A stretch of 64,000 nt of DNA from Octopus bimaculoides (lineage: Eukaryota), in NCBI RefSeq assembly GCF_001194135.2, contig NC_068995.1:35727235-35791234 (forward strand). Reading direction: 5' to 3'. The position numbers and the translations under genes are program-made. This document shows positions 25,793 to 39,111 of this stretch, piece by piece (position 1 is the first letter of the stretch; each line of letters opens with the position of its first letter). Below the pieces are notes generated by a model. The model saw only the letters and a program-made list of their open reading frames with translations. It made no database searches and was not told the origin of the DNA.

Positions 25793-28700
25793 GCACATAC
25801 ATATATATATATATATAAAGTAACAAACTAAGGAAGAAAATTCCTTCGAAGGGGTGTGTAAAACATCCAATTCACTGCTACGTCAGTTGAATACCACATA
25901 AATATGGGTATAATTCAAATTACAAACAATATATTAAATAGAGAGATATAATTAACAATCGAATAATTTATTTATATTTATCTATAATATTATAATATAA
26001 CATAATATATTATGCATTTACAACATGAGATAGCATAAAAAAACATATTTAAAAAACCACCAGAAAAGCCAACAATTTGTTTCGACTTATAAACATTCTT
26101 TGATATATAAACAATTCAATTCTCTTTATAAGCCTCATCAGAGCCAACGGTTTGAGGATAGACCAAATTCCTCTCACATGGAATTTCGTCTATCTTCAAA
26201 CCACTGGCTCTGATGAGGCTTATATAAGGGAATTGAATTGTTTATATATCAAAAAATGTATGTAAGTCGAAACAAATTGTTGGCTTTCTTTGGTTTTTTT
26301 AATAATTATGTTATATTATAATATAAATAAATTATTGGATTGTTAAATGTATCTGTCTATTTAATTTAATGTTTATATGTATGTATGTATATATATATAT
26401 ATAGTTCAAAAACACAATAACAAAAAAACANNNNNNNNNNNNNNNNNNNNNNNNNNNNNNNNNNNNNNNNNNNNNNNNNNNNNNNNNNNNNNNNNNNNNN
26501 NNNNNNNNNNNNNNNNNNNNNNNNNNNNNNGCTGATAACTTAGAAAGCCTAATCGAAATATTTCTAACTAAATTATCAATTATACTTCTAGGGTGGTTAC
26601 TCCATCTACTTATAGATTTCAAATTAGTAGACGGTTTATGGTACGGTCTATACGTATCGTTTTTTGTATCAAGTGTCACATCTAAATAATTAGCTAGCGA
26701 AATATCATCGTAAGTGACACTCATTCCCATCCTACTAAAAAATCTAGATAACCTACCTTTAAGTCTCTGCAAACATTGGGTAGAATAATTCCTAATATAA
26801 ATAAGACAATCGTCCCTATATAAACCGCCCCTAACCATAGGGAATTGATCAGCCAATTCATACAAAATATAGGAACCCACAACATCCGCTATTTGAGCTG
26901 AGTCAGAACTTCCCATAGGAACATCGAAAGCATTAGGAGTATCTTTACGAATCCAAATCTTATCATTAAAAGAAATAAAGGACTTCCGAGCAGCTAACAC
27001 TACTTCTATTTCATCCCTAGTAAGCCCTGCCTTGTTATGGAAGAACCAAAGAGCCTTATTAAGTACGCTAGGGTTAATAGAAGCATAAAAATTTGAAATA
27101 TCAAACTGAATAAATTTAGCATTACATTTGTTTTCAATAGAACGAAACCACTCAATAACCTGATCAGTACTAGACCATAAATTCAAAAGTAATCCATCAA
27201 TAACTGTTAAACTCGAACTGCACTCTTCAAAACTTGCACTCAGAATAAGGACAAGGTAAAATTATTATCTACTTTTATAGCAAGTTGATGCAGGTAGTTT
27301 ATCCCGTACCCCTCCGACTTTTAATTCATGCAATTGAGAAAACCGCATTATTTGTGGGATAACCATATATATATATATATACAGGTTAGTTTTATTCGAC
27401 ATACCATCCTCTTAAACATGTGTGAGGAGTGTCAATGCAAAGAAAATAATCATAATTTTTATTAAACACTTTTGTTTTTTTTTCAGAACGATTTCTGTGG
27501 TACGAAACTGGGAATGTTTATCGATATGATGAATCAGTCTTTTCCCTCAACAGGAAACACGATTACCGTTACAGCATGTTCATCGTTCGATATCCTAGGA
27601 AAATGGGACTGCTGTGTGCTATCCAAGCGTATCGAAATGCGACGTTGTCCCGGAGATTTCTTTATCTATAATCTAAAAAAGACGGATAGATGTCCAGTCG
27701 CTTACTGTTCCATGTTGCGTAAGTACCAAAGAAACGTTTTCAAAGAATAACTTCCTAAAATATCAATCCAGAAAGCAAAATGCTTTGTTCTCTCCTTGAG
27801 CCTCTTCCCTGTTGTTTCTAAGGTTCCAATGACAATTGGTACCACCTCATTTTTTCTGCAACCCCATAATCTTCATCAGTGAAACATTGTCATGTATGTA
27901 CTTTCAAAATACTAGGTGACTGGAAGACGAAAGATTTTCAGTGAAAAATATAATTTAAAATATATTTAAAATAATGGCGGGTGAACATTTTAAATTATGC
28001 CTTCTACATGAAGAACATAGTTAAATAGAGTCTAACGTACTTAAATGTAGTATAGAAAAATTTGTTACTAAATTATTAGTTTAATGTCTTTAATGTTATA
28101 GGGGTTTTTTCATATTTATTAGTGATTTATATTTCATTTAGAATAACTTACTTCGAATATTCTAACATTACTGTTGATCTTTCAGGATTTTTCGGATATT
28201 ATTTTCTGAACGAATTTATAACTACCCAAATAAAAAGTAATACCTGACGCCATTTTGACTGTAAATGAAAAACATGACACAAATGATATGATGTAATAAA
28301 TGCTGGGCTGAACAATAAAAACAGCTAGAGTTCGCATACTTCTTCATTTCAAACCTAAAATCGGCTGTTAGTTCAGAAAATGAAAAGACAAAACAATGGT
28401 CTTGAAACATCGAAAATTAACTGATAAAGATTAAATATAAAAGAGTTTAATAATAGCATGTAAATATTGGGTTGAAAAAACCCTTTGTACAGAAAACTCG
28501 AAGGCTGCCTGTGTTCAATGGTAGACTGCCTGTCATGTCTACGTGAAATGTGAAATCGTATCCCACGGGCAACCATCGATTTTTTCTATCCAAAGGAGTC
28601 TTTTTTTTTCAACCCAGTATGCAAAGAGAATTTTCAATCGAATATTTACATGATATCATTTACAGATTTGCGTGATGTTCTTTGAGGACCAATGCCTCAA

Positions 28701-28886
28701 ACAATATGTATTACATGTTCTCTGAAAGTTTATAAAATTCTTACAAAAATAACAATAGATAATAAAACTGGAACAGTAGTATTTTCATTTATTCGTGTCG
28801 GAAAGCAGAGCTGTTTCTCCACATATATAAAGTTGTCTTCAAGAGAGTGAGAGTGAGTGTGTGCGTGGACACGTATGTGTTTATGT

Positions 28887-28923
<37 letters not shown>

Positions 28924-29824
28924 TGAGTGTATGTGTGTGTTGCATGTGTGTGTTGCATGTGCGTATCGATAGGTGTATATAAGCAGGATGTATACATAGT
29001 GAGAATTTACAAAAAACATGACAAAGACGGGTGTGTAAACAACAAACAGATGTATTAATTCAACGCTCGGGAATAGAGAAAGTCTTTTACGTTTCGAGCC
29101 TACGCTCTTCGACAGAAAGGAACACAGAAATAAACAGGGAGAGAAAATAGAAAAAGATTTAGTGGCCAAATAATATATATATATGCATATATACATAAGT
29201 ATATGTACATACTTACATCTACACGTACATATATGTGCATATGTGAGCACAGGATGTCATGAAACGTATACAACAAAAAATACAAAGTACGAGTATATGG
29301 AATATGAACTATTTTTTCGAACAACGAAAGACACAAATGGAAAACAAGGCAAACAACATAAAGAACGACCCTTCATCAGTTGTTGGCTGTTTATCTACTC
29401 TAGTATTTTGAGCATTTATATATATATANNNNNNNNNNNNNNNNNNNNNNNNNNNNNNNNNNNNNNNNNNNNNNNNNNNNNNNNNNNNNNNNNNNNNNNN
29501 NNNNNNNNNNNNNNNNNNNNNNNNNNNNNNNNNNNNNNNNNNNNNNNNNNNNNNNNNNNNNNNNNNNNNNNNNNNNNNNNNNNNNNNNNNNNNNNNNNNN
29601 NNNNNNNNNNNNNNNNNNNNNNNNNNNNNNNNNNNNNNNNNNNNNNNNNNNNNNNNNNNNNNNNNNNNNNNNNNNNNNNNNNNNNNNNNNNNNNNNNNNN
29701 NNNNNNNNNNNNNNNNNNNNNNNNNNNNNNNNNNNNNNNNNNNNNNNNNNNNNNNNNNNNNNNNNNNNNNNNNNNNNNNNNNNNNNNNNNNNNNNNNNNN
29801 NNNNNNNNNNNNNNNNNNNNNNNN

Positions 29825-29872
<48 letters not shown>

Positions 29873-30978
29873 TATGATAATAATGTTAGAGATAAAATCC
29901 AAATTTACAGGGAAAAATTCAATTTAATTTAATTTATCAAAATTAAAATTAAATTGAATTTCATAATATATAATATATAAATATATAATTTAGAGAAAAA
30001 AAAACACAATTATTGAATTCAACCATGAAAATCCACAATCACATATAGCAAAATTTAATAAGTAAATACATATATATATATAATATGGATTTGTAGGGAA
30101 GGATTCGTGACAGACGAACTGTAGACAGATACTGCGCTGCAGGCTAACTAGGCAGTTGGTCATTAGGAAAGAAAAGGACTTCCGGGAGGAGAACGAAAAC
30201 AGAAGAATGTCAGCATCGAGCGTGGAACGAATCTGAGAGAACTATGCAAAAATAACTGACGACTTAGGCCCTATTGTACCTAAAATAATAAACCTTTGGT
30301 AAATGTATTCTCGTCTCCACTAGTTTGTTTGTGTATAGCTTAACAAAGTTATAGGTAGCTAATTCGCAATTTTCCAACCTAAAGGCAGAAATATATACAT
30401 CAGTAAAGTGAACAATGGCACTAATCAGCACCAGTATTGCTAGAAATAAGAGCTAAAGCAACTCAATATCTTAATGGCTTTTATTTCTAGCAACACTGGT
30501 GCTGATTAGTGCCCTTGTTCACTCTAGTAACGTATATATTTCTGCCTCTAGATAGTAAAATTATGAATTAGCTACCCATATTATTTATAATTCTCACTTT
30601 ATCGTTTACGAAATCAGCATATGATTTCAATGGAGATCTTATACGCTGACAAGGCGGTATGAGTTTAACCCTAGGCGCGGTGAGAGCACTAAGATGCGTT
30701 AAGCATCAGAATGCAAAATCATCGGTGATCTACCTTTATCTGCGGCCGTAGTGGGGGTGGGCTTGTCTCCCTTGTCAGCTCGTGAAGATAGTGCTTTCTC
30801 TTGTTATTGAGCTGTCTTGGCTCTTATTTCTAGCAATGCTGGTACTGATTAATGCCCTTGTTCATTTTAGTGATGTATGTATGTATATATGTGTGTGTGT
30901 GAGTATACATGTATATATACACATGTATACACGCACACACACACACACACCGACACACACATACACATACACACACAC

Positions 30979-31040
<62 letters not shown>

Positions 31041-32300
31041 GTAATTAAAATAAGAATTCGGTAAAATCCTTGAAGTATGGTATGCAAAGCTCGTCCAAAG
31101 TTATTGGCTACCAGATGTCATCATACAGTGAAAATGCTCTTGTTACTGGATATATATCAGGAATTCCATAGCATCCGTAGAGTTTATGTAAATAGATAAA
31201 ATAATAGATAATGGATTAAGTGACATTCTTTATTTAAAATCACTGCAAATGTTTCGGCACATTTTTGTACTTGTAGTACATTGGTGAGATAATATAATTA
31301 ACATATTGTGTAATCACTATTGCCCATCAAAGATGCAAGATGTGTTTCTTCGGGTGACTCTTTTATATAAATCATTCGTTAGATCATACTGTAATTTTAC
31401 TCAGTGTGAGAATGAATACCCAAAGTAGTATGCTATTTTCAATAATTTTAAGACAAAATTTAACCCATATGAGCAGTATAGTGACAGGCAAAATATAATT
31501 ATTGTAACCTTATTTAGAGGCTGAATCAGTTGTAGAATCGAGCCAGATGTTTTGTTGTGAAAGGGAATAAGTAATTTAGATCCTTCAAGAAAACAGTTAA
31601 ACGCAGAAATGGTCACTCTTCATCACTTTATCACGCTCTAATTCCCAAATACTTAATTTTGTTTTTCATTATATATATTTACACACACACACACGCACAT
31701 GCACGCGCGCGCGCGTACACACGCTGCGATACCCATTGGTAAGATCAGCTGTAATGGTTCTATATAACCATAAACTTTGATTTATTTAATTAAGCATATG
31801 TATATATGTAAGCATAAACACACACACACACATACACACACACATGTATGTGTATATGTATATATACACACACACATATATATATGTGTGTGTCTGTATA
31901 TATATATTTATATATGTGTATATATATATATATATGTATGCGCAGGAGTGGCTGTGTGGTAAGTAGCTTGCTTACCAACTACATGGTTCCGGGTTCATTC
32001 CCACTGCGTGGCACCTTTGGCAAGTGTCTTCTACTATAGCCTCGGGCCGACCAAAGCCTTGTGAGTGGATTTGGTAGAAGGAAACTGAAAGAAGCCTGTC
32101 ATATATATGTATATATATATATATATATTTAGAGGCTGAATCAGTTGTAGAATCGAGCCAGATGTTTTGTTGTGAAAGGGAATAAGTAATTTAGATCCTT
32201 CAAGAAAACAGTTAAACGCAGAAATGGTCACTCTTCATCACTTTATCACGCTCTAATTCCCAAATACGTGCGGTTAACACAACCCCACTATTTACTGACT

Positions 32301-32335
<35 letters not shown>

Positions 32336-35052
32336 ATATGTTTTTGTGTCTGTGTTTGTACCCCCAACATCACTTGACAACCGATGATGGTGTGTTTACG
32401 TCCTCGTAACCTAGTGGTAGAGACCAATAGAATAAGTACTAGGTTTACAAATAATAAGTCCTAGGGTCGATTTGCTCGACTAAAGACGGTGCTCCAGCAT
32501 GGCCGCAGTCAAATGACTAAAACAAGTAAAAGAGAGTAAACGAAAAGATATATATATATAGAGAGAGAGGGGGGAGAGGTGGATCTATTTATATATATAG
32601 ATATATAAAAGTGAGGATGCATGGCCTAATGGTTAAGGTGTTGCTTGCAAGATCGTGGTTTCAATTCCAAGACAGGGTGGTGCGTTGTGTTTTTGAGCAA
32701 AACACTTCATCTCACGTTGCTCACCATCACTTAGACACCAGACATGTGGTACACCGTGCATCTGTTCAGGCAGCGATGATTTGATGGAAGATGTGTGCTA
32801 ATGTACAGCACATACATTTGATCACAATAAACAAATCATTTGTGCAGGTCGTTCGACAAAAGCTGTACGCATATGTCATCTTCGAGGGGAGAGTTCATCA
32901 TATATTAATATATATATATATATGGAAGAATACCAATAGACCAAAAAAATTAATGCGCAATATAAGGCAAGTTTACGAACAATTGATTAAATCCAGTGAT
33001 CAAACGTAACGGTTAGTGTTGGCTGAATAAATAACGTACCGTAACCAAGAAATGAGCAAAAATGAAAGACAAGGAAAAATAAAGGTATTCAAAACTATAT
33101 AATTTAATACGATATAACATCAGGCCAGCACTGATTTATCGGAGTTGATCAGAATGAAAGAGCATTTATCATTTGAAAATAAATATTTTTATATCAGAAA
33201 GACAAACCTTGAAACGTAGCAGTGACACGTTTTACAGATATTCTGGAGATATAGTGTGTTACGTATTGGTGTGTATGTGTATTGTAGTTTGACATGCAGG
33301 CAGGCCATTAGACAGGTAAGTAGGCAGACAGGTAAGATGGACGGACAAGAGAGGGGAGGAAGAGAGGGCTGGATGAGTGAATGGATGAGTGGATGCATTC
33401 GTACATATACGCATTAATAATCAAGAATCTGGGTAGCCAAAGAAATTGAACTGCTCAGGAGTAAACTTTCTAGCTAAGATGAATTATCTAAAGAAAACAA
33501 AGTCAACGCAAGAAAAGCCAGAACAGTACAAGCATAAATTAGTTGATATGGATGAAGTAGTAAAACCCCAAAGAGTTAGTAAAACAAAATTTACAGCTTA
33601 AGTCACTACGCTTCGTAGGTTTGATAAAAGAAATGACTTCTACAGACAAAACAAAATATTCAAAACAGATCGTGGAAAGATTTTACAGAGAACTTAGAAA
33701 GAAACGATAGAATTTAAGGAAACCGCCTGAAATGCATGAGAAAATTTCTGCAGAAGCATAAGGACTAATAATAATGGATTTAATGAAAATTGTGAATGGA
33801 TCACAAGTGGATAACAAGGAATGGTGAATGTATAAGAAAAATGTGGAAAGGTATCACCATCAAGGAACTGAAAGAAGCCTTTTCAAAGGCTCTTAAATGG
33901 AAATCCCCCGGGAATGATAGGATAAAAAACATTTAGTTGAATGCTCAGGCAACATCACACAAGCAATTATCTGAATGTTTTTCTGACATAATGAAAAGCC
34001 CAGAAAAAGCGGCATCTTGGCTAACTCAAGGGATAACCTATGTACTGCCTAAAAATGACGAATCTGAAAATACGAAGAATTACAAGCCTTACTACCACTT
34101 ACAAAATATTGACAGCGATTCTAATAGAGCGCGCATACCAATTTCTTGAGCAACAAAACATTCTTCCTGCAAAAGGGTTACTATAGAAATTTCTGTGGTT
34201 GTGAAGATCAACTTCTGATTAACCGAATGATACTCAAAAAGCTGCTCCTCAAAAAGCTGCTCCTCAAAAAGCTGCTCCTCAAAAAGTTGCTCCTCAAAAA
34301 GCCATAATCTAAGTACAGCTAAGGATACATTACCGCAAGGCATTCGATCATGTATTTCACCCGCGGATCGTAAAAGCTCTAGATTAGTACAAAATATCAC
34401 CAATTATTAAAGGTTTTCTTCACCAAAGTATGGGCACGTGGTACACAAAATTGCACCTCACTCATAATAAAAGCATAAGTACATCTGGCAGTTTTAAGAT
34501 TAACCGAGGCATATAGCAAGGAAACTCATTGTCCCCATTACTTTTTTTGCTTAGCATTCATATCCTTGTCACATGAATTGAAGAACCATATAAAATATGA
34601 ATACAAATTATTTGATAGAACCATCTCACACTTCTTTTATATTGATGACCTCAAGCTACATGCAAAAAATGATAATGATCTGAAGAGATTACTAACAACT
34701 GTGAAAAGTTTTATTGACAATATTAACATGGAATTTGACTTGCACAAATGTGCTAAAGCATTTAATCGGGGAAGACTCATACAAAATAGTGGTTATGGGC
34801 CAATACTCCTCTGTTGAAGCAATGTTTTTCTTCTTGGCCACAAGTTTGCTGGTGCCATGACATAAGTAGCTCCATATGACAACCTGATCTCTCGTGAAAC
34901 ATTTGTATAAATGGCTTTCTATAAAATGTAAACGTCTTGTACCAGTAACTGACTATGAAGTCACTTTTTGATGTATTTCCATTATGCAACTTTCCTACAG
35001 CAAGCGTGAAAGTTTTACCACTAATGTTAGTGCAGTACTCCACATACATACA

Positions 35053-35084
<32 letters not shown>

Positions 35085-38000
35085 CGACACACACACAGGC
35101 ACATACACATGAGACACACACTCACATACATACATACATACATACATACATACATACATACATACATACATACATACATACATACATACATACCCCTGAG
35201 CCGCATCGGCAACGCAGACAAGACTTCCCTCACGTTCGATCTTCCGATGGCGAAAACTGTTGCTGAGAAGGAGAAGACAGTGGAAATCATTACGACGGGT
35301 CACGAGAAGGACCGTTTTACGGTGATGCTGGCTTTCATGAATGACGGAGGAATGCTGCCACCGTACGTCGTCTTCAAGCGGAAGACACTACCCAAAGACG
35401 CTAACTTTCCGGAAGGGATCATCGTTCGAGCCCAAGCGAAAGGTTGGATGGACCAGGTACTTAACGAGGAATAGCTTCAGGTAGCGTGGGGGTGGCGCAT
35501 CAGTGGATTGCATCAGAGAAGGAGTCTCCTGGTTCTGGATGCATTCAGATGTCACAAGTCAGAAGAAACCAAGGCGAAGATACGTCGTCTGAACGTCGAA
35601 GTGGCAATGATTCCCGGGGGAATAACATCCCTTTTTCAACCCTTTGATGTTGCAATCAACAAACCGTTTAAGGACCTTCTCAAGCACCGCTGGGAGGATT
35701 GGATGGCCAATGCACTGAAGGAGACGACAAAGACCGGGTGCACGAAGAAAGTCGACTTGGGGACGATCTGCGAGTGGATCCTGAAGGTCTGGCAGAAGAT
35801 TCCAGAAGACATCATCAGGCGGGCTTTCTTAAAGTGCTGCATATCCAACGCGCTCGACAGCACAGAAAATGACATCTCGTGGGAAGACGACGCCATCTCT
35901 CCCGACTCTTCTGACTCCAGCGATGACGACGATGAGCTGGTATATGCAGACGATCAACTCTACGAAGTCTTCAACGAGTTGCCTGATGACGAAGAGTTCT
36001 TAGGCTTTGAGTGAAGTCTCCACCCATTAGGGTCGGTCTTTTTAGGACCACACATTTTCAAGAAAGAATATAAACGTCGCAATATGAATAAATCATATAA
36101 ACAAACATAAAAAGACCTTCTCTTATTATCTCTTGCATTTAAAATCTGGACGTTATCTTCTTCTATTAATGATTCTGAATATTAATGATTGCAGTCAGAA
36201 ACGTTTAAGTATGAAATCATCATGAAATTGAATTTTGTATTCATCCCGCATTTCTCCCTTTTCATTAGTCCCAGTTTTTTCCCGGTTTCCCCCACGTTTT
36301 TCCCCCATCGGGGACCGAAAATCTGGGTGGGGGTTTATACACGAGTGCGGCTTATACACTGGCAAATCAAATACGGTAATTAAAGACAAGACAGAACATA
36401 GATTCAGCGGGACAAATGGACAGAGATATGGACATGTATGTACACACACATATACACACACTCACGCACACGCCCGCACGCACCTACGCACGTGCACGCA
36501 CGCACACACGCACGCACACACACACACACACACTTGTGGAAGAATTACATTGTAAGAATTTAACCCATTTCACTGGCGTGCAACAAACACTAGAATAACA
36601 CGTGATATACTTTGCGGAACAGCGAAATGGATTTCAGTTAAGATATTGGAATATCTTGCCTATTGTCTTTCCCATTAGTGTTTGGAACTTAGCACAATAC
36701 TCTAACAAAACACTAGCCAGCAAGTTTTAAAGCATTTAAAACCACCTTTCTATAGTATTTATATTTTTACAGAGATAGAATGGGCCGTTAATATTTAGAT
36801 ATTTTGCCAAGGACATAGTTCAGAAGTTCAGAATTGCTATAACAGGCATATGAAACTAAAGATTTCAGTTGACGACATAATATACTGCAGATTTATTTAA
36901 CTTCTCCGCTTTCGAGATACTTCAGTTCCAACTGTAATTATTTAATAACGTTAACACATTGCCTTCGGTAACTGCCTATTTGACGTTCGTAAAATCGAAT
37001 TTACATTAGATTCCATTTCATTTCAACTCGATTAGCATGTCTCGTAGATACCCTACTAATCCTCATTTTATTGTGAATCCAAACGAAATGCAGATAAGAA
37101 GATAATCAATGAAAAGCATACAATTGCGCCACTGGCTCGATCTTTGTCAGATTCAGCGAATTGTATCTTTTGGTGCGCCCGCCACGGATTGTTGAAGAAT
37201 TTTTACATGTACCTAGGGTGAAACTCTTTTTAAAATAAGTCTAACATATTTCCTCACTTTTTACCCGCTGTTCGCAGTGTGTATCATTTCTAATTATGAA
37301 ATGTTTTATTGGAATAAACTGTTTGGCTCACTATGATTTTACGAACGTCAAATAAGAAATTATCTTATTTTCATATCTTCTATGCTTTAATGATTTCTAG
37401 ATGCATATCGTTTACTCTATTATTTCATATCGTTTACTCTATTATTTCATAGAAAATGAGCTTCCTCACGATAATTATACAATCCTTCATGGTGCTGGGG
37501 TAAATGAAACTTCACCGTTTGTATCAACAAAAGATATGATTAAAGGTAAGTCTATCTCGAGAACTGATGGCTCTTGTAATAAAAGAAAGGCTATCTTTCG
37601 ATAAGGGTACACGGGAAACGAAACTATTCGGCAATTTTCCTAAAAAGTATTTATTTTCTTAATTTATTTTTTAGCCGATGTTTATGTAATTGTTTTGTGT
37701 ATGCATTTATGTATTTATTTGTGTATGTATATTTGTGTAAGTATTGTATATATGTGTGTATTTGTGTATGTGTAAACACATACATATACAAATATACATA
37801 CATGCATAAAAATACATGTACTAACATACACAAATATACGTACAAACACACATACACACACATATGTACACACAAAATACATAAATATAGCGATTCGACT
37901 TGGGGACGATTTGCGAGTGGATCCTGAAGGTCTGGGAGAAGATTCCAGAAGACATCATCAGGCGGGCTTTCTTGAAGTGCTGCATATCGGTTTATCATCT

Positions 38001-39080
38001 TTCTTTATCATCAATTCTTTATCATCAATTCAAAGTAATAGACGTACATGCACAAATATACATACATACACACACATAAACAAATATATTATATACAGAA
38101 AAATACATAAGCATAATCGATTTAGCTGAAAAACAAAAGAAATATATACACATACATATACAGATATATATACATACATATATACATACATACATACATA
38201 TATACATACATACATGCATACATACATACATAAAAATACATAAGCGTAAGCAATTCAACTGAAGAAAAATTAAAGAATTTTTTACGGAAATTGCCGAAGA
38301 AATAATTTCATTTTCCGTGTACTAAAAGAAAAACTCAAAATGTTTGTTTTATCCTGTAAGTAATTCGTTCTGTGCATGTTTATATATTTGTATATCTGTT
38401 TTTTATGGAAACGTGTGTATATTTATATGGAAACATGTTGGTATGTATATTTGTATGGAAACATATTTGTATATTTATGTTTGTCATACATTTTCAAAGA
38501 GTAAAAAAGCTGAACAAACTTGAATCTTTCATATCTAATCAATTTATTGTACAGTAAAGTTTTGCATATTTCATTGATTTTTCCCTCTTTAGTTTTCATG
38601 AATGATCATACGCACACACACACACAAACACGCATACGCACACATGTATAAAAGATAAAATAACCCACGATCAGATACTAAAAATACATGTACGCCAGTT
38701 GCATGCATTAAGTTACATTCAAACTTAAGCCCACAAATACATATATTAACTTAATGCTTGTATGCTCTGAATTCTTTTGAACTCTCTTCACATAAACAAG
38801 GAAGGGTTGTTACACTGTTAGTGACAGGGTGGAAATGTGTAACAACGAACTTCATAGAACATAAAACAAAAACAAATACATGATACTAAAGCTCTAAGTG
38901 TCAATCTTGCAAAGATGATACTTTGAAACGTAGAAAGTTACCAACTAACACTTTGCAAATACAATCATTAAGTTAACGCTGAAGTATGCAAGAGTTTTCA
39001 AAGTTTCAACATGTAACCGTTACATGCATACATACACACATACATGCATGCAGGCATACATACATACATACATGCATACA

Positions 39081-39111
<31 letters not shown>

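Noticed and set aside
28186-28236. Possible 51-nt phase 1-1 exon (FFGYYFLNEFITTQIK)
   Set aside because: Weak donor (AAA|gtaata), and the aromatic composition is unlike the stalk exons.
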